Source: Pseudovirgaria hyperparasitica | Lineage: Eukaryota | Reading direction: 5' to 3' (one strand) | DNA: 64,000 bases | Assembly (NCBI GenBank): GCA_010093815.1 | Contig: ML996570.1 | Part shown: positions 50,901 through 63,194 of the stretch, piece after piece | Numbering within the stretch: position 1 is the stretch's first letter | How the letters are laid out: each line of letters begins with the position of its first letter | Position numbers and translations under genes: made by a program | Notes under the pieces: model-generated | What the model was told of the DNA's origin: nothing | Database searches by the model: none | The model's input: the letters and a program-made list of their open reading frames with translations, nothing else

Positions 50901-51743
50901 TATCAGTGTAAGTGTGGAAGGTAGGCCAGTGGTAGTATTCCTAGCCGGAGACGAGCTTGCCGGTACTGGGATGGTACTGACGAAACCTCTGATCGCCGAT
51001 GTCAACAACTTGGAGCCGTCCAGCGCTATTTTCTCCTTGGGAGAAAGTCTTGACCGAAAGTTCACCAGTGGCTGTATCATATAAGAATTCCACAGGAAGC
51101 CTGCATCGAGGCTGTCTAATGCGACTGCTGCCGTATCTGTGCTCCGCTCTTGCACACGCCTCGTAAGATCGAAATCTGCAGAGTAATAAAATGTACCACT
51201 GCTAAGCAGCTTCTTTAACGTCACGCATGGATGCTCCATGAGCGCCTCTCCTCTTCCGCGTCCATAGCCATGATCATAAACTTCGTCGTCTAGGCTTTCC
51301 GTCGGGTAGGGGTTGATGTCGTCGCTCAAGATACGATCGTAGTCCGTGCGATTGAGACAATGGAACTCAACCGAATGTATCCGCAGAACACTTTCATCTT
51401 CGCGTACTCTTGCGACTTTGCCCGCACCGCTGACGACGCAAAGGAACACGTCTCCTTCAACACTCATCAACCCCAGCGTGCCATGCACGGCTAGGCTGTT
51501 CAATTGTCTGAACCCTTCAAGATCGACATGACCAAGCTCCGCAAATTCTACCATGCATCGTGGTCCGGCTGTCCCATTACTTGTAGTCAAAGATGTTTGC
51601 GAGGAGCTTTTAAGGTTGTTGTGTGGAGTATTGTAGGACGGTTCGGTTGACGACGGCGAGTGTCGGAATATGAGGACGTGTGTTTGGGTAGCGAGAGCGA
51701 TGGCTCGATGTGGATGCTCTTTTATCAGTAGACGTATAGACAT
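47973..51743 (-). CDS. syj1: Synaptojanin-like polyphosphoinositide phosphatase (Sac1 domain + inositol 5-phosphatase + Pro-rich tail; Inp52/53/Syj1 type); intron 49146-49196
   Basis: [24 protein letters not shown], intact CX5R motif RTNCLDCLDRTN, WLGDFNYRI, PTYKFD, RIPAWCDRIL, FSDHRPV. Confidence 0.94.
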
Positions 51744-52280
51744 CGCAATAGGTCTTTAGTGAGGTAACAATGCAAAGCTACTCTACGAGCGGCGTGGCCT
51801 CTTTGTTGTCGGAGGTGTACGGCGAGCCGGCATAGTTGGTGGTTCAAGGACCAAGAATATGAGATCGAGATTGACGTATCATCACAAGTATAGACAACGC
51901 AGAGTTCAGAACTCTTCACAAGCACCGACCTGGAGACAGAGAAGAGTCTGTAGTGGTCGCATGCACTGAAGAACGTCCTCATGGGATCAGGGTCTCACAA
52001 CGCGACTCTCGTCTAAGAAGCCAACCGCCATGTGGCCCCGCGATCGGCATTGTCGATTTTCAAGAGCGGCCGGAATGGAATTATTTTACGATTTGTGATT
52101 GGCTTGATATTATTTGTTCAAAAGGAGCATACGGCTGGATTCGAGATGTTGAAAAATGATACGAGGTTGCGATGGACCGCACATGGGCGAAGGGTACGTT
52201 TCATATGATATAAAACAAAAAGTCCCCCCAACGGATGCATCGCATCATTTAAATTGTGTTTTATATCTACATGACAATTT

Positions 52281-52943
52281 TCACCTCAAATACTCCCTCC
52301 TCCTTCTGCCATTGTCGTCTACTATTACGACTTTCTCCCTTCCGTACGACGATGCCCTCCCATCCCGATCATCGTCATATGCGCCCCGACTTCTACTTCT
52401 AGATCTCGTTGAGTGCGTTCGGGTGAATTCTGCCCTGTTGTCATGCAGCGGCCTGCTGTCAATGTACCTATATGTCGCAGGCCTTTCGTGATATCTATCA
52501 CTACTCCGACTCCTGCTCCTCCGTCTACTCCGGTCCCTGCTGTGATCCCTCTCCCGGTGCCGCTCTCTCTCTACCCTGTATTCATGCTCGCTGACATAGT
52601 AGTCGCTATGTGTGCGACTATGGCTCGTCACGCTGCTCGCCGGGGATACATGTACGTATTGCGTGCTATGTCTACCCACACTGCTCGCCGGCGGTGGTGG
52701 CGTGGGCGGCTGATTTATGAAGACAGGCACCGGCTGAGGGGCAGGGATAGGATTTGGTCGAGGTGATGGGATAACAGTGCTAACATGCGTGGAATGATAG
52801 CTTGTGCGGGGTGAGGGGATGGGCCGGCGGTGGTCCTCCTCCACTATCTGAGTGCGTGAATAGTGGCGCGATGTGCGACGAGGAGAGGCAACGCGGTAGG
52901 GGACAACTACGTCTTCTTCCTGCCGGACTTTGACAAGACACAT
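52281..52943 (-). CDS. Hypothetical Pro/Ser/Arg-rich protein with an RS-like C-terminal half
   Basis: 220-codon ATG-initiated ORF with coherent low-complexity composition (RERHRERDHSRDRSRRRSRSRS) and no recognisable domain. Confidence 0.65.
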   Translation of the reverse strand: MCLVKVRQEEDVVVPYRVASPRRTSRHYSRTQIVEEDHRRPIPSPRTSYHSTHVSTVIPSPRPNPIPAPQPVPVFINQPPTPPPPASSVGRHSTQYVHVSPASSVTSHSRTHSDYYVSEHEYRVERERHRERDHSRDRSRRRSRSRSSDRYHERPATYRYIDSRPLHDNRAEFTRTHSTRSRSRSRGAYDDDRDGRASSYGREKVVIVDDNGRRRREYLR

Positions 52944-53650
52944 GTTTGTGAGGTCAAGATAGGGCGTACGATGAGGGGATTTTGCAATAATGAGGCGCGC
53001 CTGTAGCCTTGATTTGGCGAGGGCGCGGACTTTGAGGGCGAGTAAAGGTGAGGAGCTGATCGCGGCGATGTCGAGGATGGACTGTCGCTGATGGCAGCCA
53101 GATTCGTAGTAAGTAGCTTTAGGCAGCTTATCTTGACCGCAGCATCGCGTCAGGGATCAAGAAAGAGGCTGTGTGTTCGATCGAGGTAATTAGGTTGGGT
53201 GGAACTCTCATCCATCTCAAGGGCCACAGGTTCATCAGCTGAATGCACGAAAATGGGGCTAATCTGATGGTCTGACCCGGCCCCCGGTCGCACTTGTGAG
53301 GAGTACCTAGACACTATACTCATCAGGCTGCAATCGTAACTCATGCTCTGGTCTGATCTGCTAAGCCCTTATGACCATGTGCTAGTGAGTCAGCAGTGCC
53401 AACTTTGATGGCAGAACGACCCTCCAGTATTCAGACGCAGTAGTAGACAGAATATTAGAAGAGTTACGGCCTGGGTAGTTTGGGGGCTGTTTTGTTGAAC
53501 CATGAACCCCATAACATGAATTACCTAGAGCAACTAATATGATATGAAAGCGTCAGTTGCATCATTAATAGATTCAGACTGCAGATAAGGAGCGTCTCAG
53601 TCCTAGATTGACATCATCATCCATCAATTCCGTTGTGCACCAATATCGTC

Positions 53651-54327
53651 TTATTTCTTCCCAGTAATTTTCCCAAGAAAGTCCTTTCCTTTCTCCGCAA
53701 GACCTCGATTGTCCTCGCCAGTCTTGACACGCTGTAGCTCGTTCGAATTCTTCTCGTGGGCGCTCTTAGCCAACCTCTTCTCTTCTTCGCTGCGCTTGGT
53801 GTGATTTGCAGCGCCACCTCGCCCGAAGCGAATGTTTCCCTCTGGCTCGCGATGCATTGGTGCTTCGACGTCTTGCGCCGTCCGAGCTAGCTCTGGTTTG
53901 TCCTTGTCATTCCTGGCCATGTTTCCTGAGCCACCTCGACCGGTTGTATAAAGATCGCTTTTAAGGGTTGGCGTAACAAGGTCAGCTGCCGTAGTGCCAC
54001 TGCCACGGCGCTCTACTTTTGCCATGTTGCCTAGCGAGTGACTTAGGACCAACTCAATGTGGGAGGTACGTTGAGCCCGCGGAAGGAAATAGTGTCTCTT
54101 GCGGCCTCTTTGTATGAGGCCCGGCAGGCGCGTAGAGATATGGACGCCTGGCTGCGCCATGGCTCGTTTGATAACGCAAAGCATTATAAGAAGCCACGTT
54201 CGCACCAGCGTTGCGACTCTCGTGTTGATAGACATGCAAAAATGCACTCACCAGCACCACCACGCCCATGCGAAAGATTTCGGGTGTGATCAGGCCTTCC
54301 TTCGCCGAAACCAAGTCTGTCTGCCAT
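53651..54327 (-). CDS. par32: DUF3602/Par32-like protein with GRGG(A/S)GN repeats; 221-nt intron 54031-54251
   Basis: Spliced product MADRLGFGEGRPDHTRNLSHGRGGAGNMAK…YTTGRGGSGNM…RFGRGGAAN…GLAEKGKDFLGK. Confidence 0.75.
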
Positions 54328-57300
54328 TTTCTTCCTGTCAGAATGTCTGCAGGACTTGAAGAAGTAGTAAATCAAGTTGCGGGAATTGAGAGGATGAGAG
54401 CAATCCTCGACTATTGGGTGCGACACGGAATATCTAAAAAGTATCAGGACAAGAGACGCGAACGACGACCAAGACACCGAATGACCTGAAAAATTCCTAG
54501 CTCTTCTTGGACTTTAGAGGGGCTTTTCTGACTCTGGCAGACGGCAGGCTAATAAGTAGTGTTGATATCTGACCACGCGGTCCGCAACTCCACTTCAGGG
54601 CCACCGCATGCCTCGGGGAAGTGATGCCTGGGCAGGCGACGGCACATTGAGACCAACCTTCGACTTGGCTAGTAGGCACTGGTGGGTGACTGCGTACACG
54701 AACGATGTATTCCCCTCTTCGTTCGAGCCATACATAAGAGGCCGTGTTACCATCACGTAAGAGATTCAGGGCTTGCAGACTCCCTCACGCTGGGACAATA
54801 TCGCGTCATTCGCCCAGAAGACAGTTGGACTCGAAATTTACAACTGCCGGGCCTGGAACTTACGGTAGACATGGAGAGAGAGAGAGTGTGTGTGTGTGTG
54901 TTGAAGATAAGCTGAGTACCCACCATTCATCGCTATAGGAGAAGGAAACCAATACCTAGGTGAGATACAAGCAAGGGAAGCTAATATTTTAGCAGCTTAC
55001 TAGCGGGCAAGCAAGAAGTGGGCAACAGCTGGTTCAGGCGCCGTAGGCACTGACGTGCAAGAGTGGAAGCCACTAACACCCCCGCAACTAGAGGAAGCAA
55101 AGTGGGTAAACAAGCATCATCAATTTCTTATCATCTATTCCGCATCGGCCTCATGACACCATTTATATACATCCAACATCCTTTCATATCATCGTGGCAC
55201 AGTACCATATCCAAACTACCTGCTAATGATACAACAGTCTATTGTGAAGCATCACGTCTTCGAATACCCTTCTGCCCGCGCCGTAATGACAACTTTGATA
55301 TATTCAATCCAAGGGATATCGGAGTGACGACTGCTCGTGAAACCCGATTTGGTGCGCTTCCATATACCAGAATTCTATCCGAGGAGATATGTGCGCCGTC
55401 GCTATGCAAGAAAAGTATTTCCGTAGTCGAAAGCCAGGTGGCTATGAGACGCCAAGTAAGAAGAGCATTGCTTAACCGTGCTCGAATCATCGAAATTAAG
55501 CTTCGATGGGCTCGACATCCGACTGATAAACGCCAGCCGCTATGCATAAAGACGATGTGGGAAAGAGAATGTGCATCGACATGATGAGTGTCGTCGTAGT
55601 AGGTTGGCTACAGATGGCCATGTCCAAGGGGTCGTATGGGCGTTCTCTTGACATACATCCCGCCCTTTATCCTAGTCATCCATTGATGACCGTTCTTTCT
55701 CTTCTTCATGTATCATTGCCCGGTTGATGTAGGACGCAGTCGGAGGTCTATTCTCCTATTGAACAGTTAGTATATGAAGCAAGAGATAGATAAAGGGGTA
55801 AGAATAAAATTACCGTCAAAGGGCTGCTCTTCTTCTGCATCGCCGGGAGCATTACGGTATTGAGCAGAAGACATGTTGAATCCAGATATGTCTACTGCTC
55901 TGAGAATAAAGTCTTCTACAACAGAGATACAAGACTTTGTTGTAGCACGATGCTACGGGGTATATGGATCAAAATCGAATCGACTGAGTGGATTATATGG
56001 GATACTTGTTGCGATTATGCCTGGTGTATGCAGCACATTGACCTGGAACGCGTGGGAACGAGGTTATTTTATGGTAAGGGATTGGGAGGCCTCTGCTAAC
56101 TAGGAGCCGTACAGCAAGATGAAAAAACCAAGCTTTGGAAACACAAGCATTACACGGTAGACCCGCCTCATTTCTAGTGGCTGCTATCATATGTACAATC
56201 ACAGACGCCTTCTGATCGGTGTATTGACGGAAATGGGGACGGTGGGCAACGGGCATCTATAGCTATGACAGTTGCAGCTTGTCTATTCACTGTGGCCGTG
56301 CATTTTCGCTAAGAACGCCTAGGTCAACCTTGCAATTGACACTCGGCGCAGTAAAACCGACCAAACCCTAACTAAATACATTATATGCTTCGAGCAGCCT
56401 GCTGGGTCACCTTGCAGGTCAGGCATCGCACCAGGAGCCACTGGTCTATTCTTCGTGGGTTCTGCCGGCGGGGTGGAATGCACACTGCACAGCCACTTGA
56501 CTGCTCTTTCAATTGCCCAATATTCTCATACGAGGTATGAGAGCGGCTTTTGCAGCGCAATCATGGTTAGCTGGCTTCTAACGCCAATGATCTTCGTCAA
56601 AGGATAACAAATACTTCTATACTCCATATAGAGCTGCACCGATGTGCAGACAGATGTTCGCGCAAGCAAGTGAATCACACTTGTACAAAGCGCACGTTTG
56701 CGTGAGTACCCAGGCTAACATCCCGGCTGATCATCCCAAGCACCGTGACCCGCCCTGTTGAACTCCAACGTGCATCCGTCATATCGCAGGAAGTGTTGAA
56801 GAAGCCAAAAGCCACTCTTGGCTTCTCGTTCCCATGACCACTTTTGTTCAATCCTAGAATTGACCCAGAACAGTATTGATGCCTGGACGTTGCTTTCCCA
56901 TTGCAGCATCCGGGACCGAGCAAGCACTCATGCTCCTGCGTTACCACCATAGTAGCAGTCAACGGTCAGCCTTATACTCTTGAAGCTTCACTAATTAATA
57001 TCATCCCTCATACCCGAATATAGCAGTCAGTGGCCTCGTGCAAATGACCGAGTCTCAGTGGCTTGTCCCGGTTCCCCGACCATGCCCAAGCCTCGCTGGG
57101 TGAGGATGGCCAGTAGAGGCCGTGAGCTTATCTGGAAGTGCCACACGAACGTGTTGTGAAACTGCGGCCTAGGCTGCCACTTTTGTCGACCGCAGCAAAC
57201 ACCCGCGGCGGAGAGATGCGTGGATAAGGTTGATGTTCCCAGCTCCGAGCTCCAGACCCAATAAGAACGACCTCTGGCTCGCCTGAAAAATGACTTGCAG

Positions 57301-59182
57301 TGCTTTAATCAAGGAGAGGACACAGCCCCTGGTGAAAGCTGAGCTAGGATTACTCCTGGCGAAGTGATACTACCGGTGCCCAAACCCACTCATCGGATGC
57401 TTCTTTGCTTTTTGACACTAGGTAATCAGAAACGCCAGTCGATGGCTGTATTCCCATGGCCCAATTCGATCATTTTCACCGTTGCAACAGCCACCGGATA
57501 CGCAGTGATGCTCGGTCACTGTTTCCGAGCACTCAGCGGGCCCCGGGCTATGCTTATCTACAGTATTACCTGAAATTCCGCCTCACAGTTTCAGGCATGA
57601 TATCGGGGACCTGTCCGAGTACTTTACGACTACCTCTTAATTGTTGACATCGACCTGAGTCACAGAACATGTCTCGACCGTAAGCCGTATGGCCGAATCC
57701 GTCATCTAAGTTCAAGCGCGATTTGTACGTCCTGAAATTACATCCCAATGGTTGGCGTCTGATACGGTGGAGAGCAAAACTGATACCATTTCAGCTCCAC
57801 GTGGACTATCTGAAAGCCCCTTCGTTTCCATGAGCTATCGAGCTTGCAGTATGGGTGACGATGATACAGAGGTTTCGCTGTTCTATTCGTCCTCTATTAC
57901 CATCTTCAACGCACTTGCTGTATCCTAGCTGCTCAGTAGGGTAGGGCATGGAAGAAGCCATAGTCTCGAGAGAGGACTGGGCTAGCCGCCACAACAAGCC
58001 CACGCCGCCAGCAAGATCCATGTCGCATTCACGGCTTCTGGCGTTCGCGCGGTTCAGCCACGTTTAGAACTTTCTAGTCTTCTCTAAAAGCGCGATTGTG
58101 GATAAGCATATGCTATCTTATATCTCGGGAACTTGTTCGGACATATTCGCGTCAAACTCAGTCCAATGTTCCTCAAATCTACGCGTTGTCATGGAAGTCC
58201 AAATTGGCGGACATGCTGAAGTGAGGGTGTCAAGCCTCAATGGAAATGAGGCCGCGCAACCTGGTTGACCGAAGGAATTTTTCAGCGTACTGTATATTAT
58301 AGATCCACTCTACCATCAAACATCGAACTTACCTGTTTAATATCGATGGTAATTACGCGGTATCATACTTCTACAATATTAACAACAGTAGATTATGGTC
58401 CCTGCGCTGCTAGCGCGAGCCCATGCACAGGCTCCACTATTAGTGCTCGTTCTTAGATTCGTTCTTAGACACAGCAGGATTTCGGCACTTTCCTCGTTCA
58501 TGAAGACTCACGACCTTTGCCGCACAATTTTGTACTTTGGCCTCCCAGTCTTCAAGGCTCTCCAAAATCGAAAGTCGAAAGGCGTCGATCATGCTCTAAC
58601 ACTTATTATCTTCGGGCCTGAAATGTGGAGCAAGTTTCACTCAAAGGGGGGATGTAGCACGTGGGAGGGTGGGACTTATCATTACCAAAGCATCCGAAGA
58701 CATCCGTCCTTTATATAGGACCGAAAGGATGGATATCAGGCTTCGTCCGTATGATACGCGCTTTTCTCTGGTGTTGAACATGCGCGAAAGAAATCTAGAT
58801 CCACGCAATCATAGAGATTGGAGAAACTAGTTGAGTTGCAGCAACCTCTCCATGATTGAGCCACGGCACCAATTGAATCATAGAGTCCGCATATCTATTA
58901 AGCTCTGTGAAAAGAAAGCGCGCCAAAACGATGGGGAAGTGTTGAAACGCCGTCGATCTCTCGGCGGGTCCCTTCAGCTGCCCTGCAACACTGGGGTCAG
59001 CTCAACACCGACGTGACAGAGCTTGAAATTAGCCTTTATAGCTTCTTGATCCTCCACCTTCTCCGTATTTGTCTCTTCCTCCTCTACTTGTCTTTGCTTC
59101 TTCGACACATATTAGAAGAAAAGTGTGTTCTCTCACATTTGTTCAGGCCACCGATTTCGAATTGACTATTTCCACTAACAAG

Positions 59183-59739
59183 ATGCGTACCTCAATCGCC
59201 GTCATCGCAGCTGCCTACTGCTCTGTTGTAGTTGCTCAGATCCAAGGTCTCCCCAATTGCGCTGTATATCTTGCCTCCAACTCCGAGAGTAGCTTCTTCT
59301 GACGGTCGAAACAGCAATCGTGCGCCAACAGCGGCCTTGCAGGCTGCGGTATTGACGTCGGCTGCATTTGTGGAAACCAAACACTGATCGCCGATCTATC
59401 CTGCTGCGTTGCTGGGTCCTGTTCTTCTGACGAACAACAACGTACGTAAAGTCCCAGTGTTCCAATATACAAACGAAGTATTCACAAAACCACCGGGCTT
59501 GATCTAATATTATGCTTACAGAGGTCATCGATTTCGCCGTTGGGATCTGTAGGACCGCCGGGATTACCACCCTCCCAACCATGGCTGGTTGCGCAACCAC
59601 TTCGATGACTTCGATGGTGCCGAGCTCCGAAGTAGCTCCCTCGTCCACGACTGCTCCAGGTGCTGCAACTACAAACTTTGTCGGCGCCGGTATCTGTGCT
59701 GGTGCTGTCGGCCTAGCTGGATGGTTCGCACTGCTATGA
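59183..59739 (+). CDS. CFEM-domain, putatively GPI-anchored cell-surface protein; introns 59264-59314 and 59442-59521
   Basis: Signal peptide; LPNCAQSCANSGLAGCGIDVGCICGNQTLIADLSCCVAGSCSSDEQQQVIDFAVGICRTAG, retaining the Asp before CxC; S/T stalk; hydrophobic C-terminus. Confidence 0.88.
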
Positions 59740-60265
59740 AAGTGCAGCGATGCGCTGATCAACTTCGAATGTTTTGGTTACGGGAAGCTTTTGCAATTGC
59801 ACTCTTTTATCAATTGAAGTTGGGTGGCATTATGTTCGATATAAGAAAAACTATCGAGTTACGTTCGTTCATTTGATAATAGTAATACCTTTTATTATGC
59901 ACATCCGCAATATTGCTGTGTTGGCGTACAACGTGTACTCTAATTGGAACATTACACATGGCCCATATGGAAGTAGTATCTGCGTTCTTCGCCGATCATG
60001 ACTCTCTAATACCACAATTGTTGGATGCAACATTCCGTGCATGAGTCCTGATTGTTAGCCCGCATTCGTGTAGCGTCAGTTCTGGGAGCTGAAGTGGGTT
60101 ATGTTCGCCTACCTGCCCGCACCTACCTCACCCCTCAGACAACTAAACTTATTGTCTTTTTACTAAATCTCAACCTACACATCAGCCATCCTGGTAGGCA
60201 ACAGGGAATATGGCAATATGCCGGGGTTAGCTACAATGTCTACTTGATCCTCCGGGTCTATAACG

Positions 60266-63169
60266 ATGTCGAACTTCAAACGGGCGATAGCCCCGTCGCC
60301 CTCTCGGGTCATGGCCTCACTCAAAGCAACCCAGATTGTAGCCACGAAGCCCATTCTACCAGCAGGTACATATCCACAAGCTATGCCCATTCTGTTATTT
60401 GACCGAAATTCTAGAACTAATCGCCACCATTCTCGATCATCTCCCCATAGCCGATCTCTTCCGCTTCGCCAGAACTTCTCGGCGCATGCGTGAGATGGTA
60501 TACGACGACACACGATGGATAGCAAGGTTGAAGAGCATGAGCGCTTGGAACGAGACAGAAGCACGACAGAGGTTCGAGGAAGGGCTAAAAAGGAAAGTTG
60601 AGGCGCAGAAACTCAGGGAGGCAGAGGAGAGGAAGAAGGCTGATGTAGGAATCGGGCTACCTCCAAACGAACCTAATGGCACCAAAGAGGAGCATGGCGT
60701 AGGTGGTGATAGAAAGGCGAGTACCACGTTATTCGATGCCGGTTGGGAGGAGGAGAAGGCGAAAGCTACGCGGGAAATTTCAAGAGATAGAAGAGGTACG
60801 CTGGAAGGCAACTTTGAGAAGTTAGGCTTGAATAGTCATGAGGTTGTCAGTCGGAGCGCGTCTGTACTTGACCCTGCCGCGGCCCTGGACATTTTGAACA
60901 GGGTACGGAGTATAAGAGGGGGTGCTAGGCAGGAATATGGGAAAGTCTACGGAGCGCTGGCACCGTACTACTTCGATCTCGCGAGAAGCAGAAGCCATAC
61001 CGATCCTATCCTATTCCGCACTTATCGTGACCCAGAGGAACAAGCGCAAATGCTTGCCCAACTAAAAGTGTTTGCAAAAAGCGACTTCGCTCAGGGTTGG
61101 CATGAGCGGCATGAGAAACTTGAGACCATGATAGCAGTCTTCGAGAACGCTGTACTGCGGGAGTTCGAGCAAGGCTATGAACTGAAAGATGTAGATGGAA
61201 AGATGCATCGTTATGCCCATGTCTTAACGACGCTCAATGGTGGTGCTGCGGGTGTTGATACGTTCATACACAATCATCCGCTAATGGTGGATAAGGATAT
61301 ACTCGGGAGTCCTATGGAGTGCTTGAACGGTGTTTCTGGAGAACATTTCGATTCGAGACCGTCTGAAGACTTCTTTCGACGATTAGCTGGGTCCGTGAAC
61401 GAGCAAAGTGCAACCATAGATCGGGTCTTCCCACCGACTGCCAATGTCTTGATACCCTTCCTTGAACGGATTACCGACGAAATCATAGCAGACTATATCA
61501 CCACACTATTTGACGAGGCGCATGAGCGAAATATAGATTCATACCTCAAGGCAGTGTCAGGTGTCTTTGGACAAAGTCTTCGGTTCTCTCGGTCAATAGA
61601 AGCTACGAAGGGAGCATCAAAAGATTTTCCAGACCAAGTGGTCGCCATAGTAGCGCGAGCGTTCGAACCTCATGTGGATCTATATCTCACTGAGGAACTG
61701 GATTATTTCAAGAAGAGGACGGAGGCAGAGGTGAGAGCCTGGGAGACACGACTCGAGGCCGAGGAAGCTTCCACAGAGTCCTTCTATATGTCGAATGTCG
61801 GTCGACAAGCAGCCAAACGAGACTTCTTATCATCGTTTAGGAAGGTAGTGATGTTGCCCGTCAATGCTGTATCGTCTATTCCGCTATCATCCCCATTTGG
61901 CGGCACATCTGCGAAGCTCAATGCATCTCCTGTAACTGACTTGAATGGGGATACTTCATATCACAGCCCGTATGGCAAAACACTGGAACCTGTAACACCA
62001 CGTTCATCTACACCCCAGCCAGGGGAGCGCGCATCGTCACCCAAACCAGAAGCACCTACGACCGAGCTCGCCGCCAAAGCCGCTATCATGAGCACACGTC
62101 TCGACGCCATCAAGTCACTCTTCAGCATCGAAGTCGCCCTTGACCTAATTCATAAAGCCAAAACCAGTCTTGAGCGGGCGGCAGTCTTCGTTCAACTAGG
62201 TGGTCAGTCTGGCGAGGAAACCAAGGAACAATGTGAGGCCATCTTTGTGCAGCTACTTCACCAACTGGGTGACCGCCATGTGCGTACTGGGTTCGATAAG
62301 GCGGTGGCACATCTCAGCGCCTACAATCCTCGCGAGGCCGTCGCACACTCTCCAGACACGGGCGTACAGCCTCTGGTCACCTTCATCGAACTCGTTAATG
62401 TCGGTGATCTCATACAGCAAATGGTCGATGTATTTTTCATCCAGGAACTTGTAGCCCAAAAACTCGTTGATCGCGATGACTTCCTCTCTCCCGCGGTCAA
62501 AGAAAAGAAGAAGTTTGAGGGCATGCTTGACGAGCGGGTCGCGGCAGGATTGAACAAGGGTATCGATGTGCTAATGGATGAGGTCGAGTATATTTGTGGC
62601 ACGACACAGAAGCCTTCGGATTACAATCCGCCTGTGGGGGCAGATCTGGATGTTGGGGTCAGCGAGACGGCGACGAGGATTGTGGAGCTTGTGGGTGGTC
62701 ATACGCGCATGCTGATCGGCAGTACTGAGAAGAACATGCTGGATGTTTTCAATCAGGAGGTCGGAGTGCGATTATTCACAGTGCTTTGCAAACATCTGAA
62801 GAGACAGCGTGTAAGCTGCGACGGGGCAGTCAAGCTCATCAGGTATGTCTCACTTGGCACTATCTTTTGTGATGTATCCGCTAATACATATTGTTCAGTG
62901 ACACAAACGCCTACCATGCATATATATCCACTCTCAAAAACAAGTCCCTCACGCCATACTTCTCTGCGCTTCGCGAACTAAGCCAGATTTACCTCATCGC
63001 GCCCACGCATGCCAAAGATATCGCGACCATCATCGCAGACCAGGATCGGTATTACGGTATCCTGCGCGCTGAAGACGTATACGAATTCGCTGAGCGGCGT
63101 GCGGATTGGTACACTGTCAAACCAGCAGTCGAGAGGGCCATGTACGGAATTGGATGCAGCGTCATGTAA
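60266..63169 (+). CDS. rcy1: F-box protein Rcy1/Pof6 (recyclin, Sec10-like C-terminal domain); introns 60366-60414 and 62843-62898
   Basis: F-box ILPAELIATILDHLPIADLFRFARTSRRMREMVYDD, FEGMLDERVAAGLNKGIDVLM, and C-terminus ERRADW…VERAMYGIGCSVM (CAAX-like). Confidence 0.92.
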
Positions 63170-63194
63170 ACACGCACGCCAGCTGCACTAAGGA

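Noticed and set aside
54031..54251. TPP riboswitch in the long intron
   Set aside because: Lacks the CUGAGA and GAA-CUUGAU…GCG core, and the host is not a thiamine gene.
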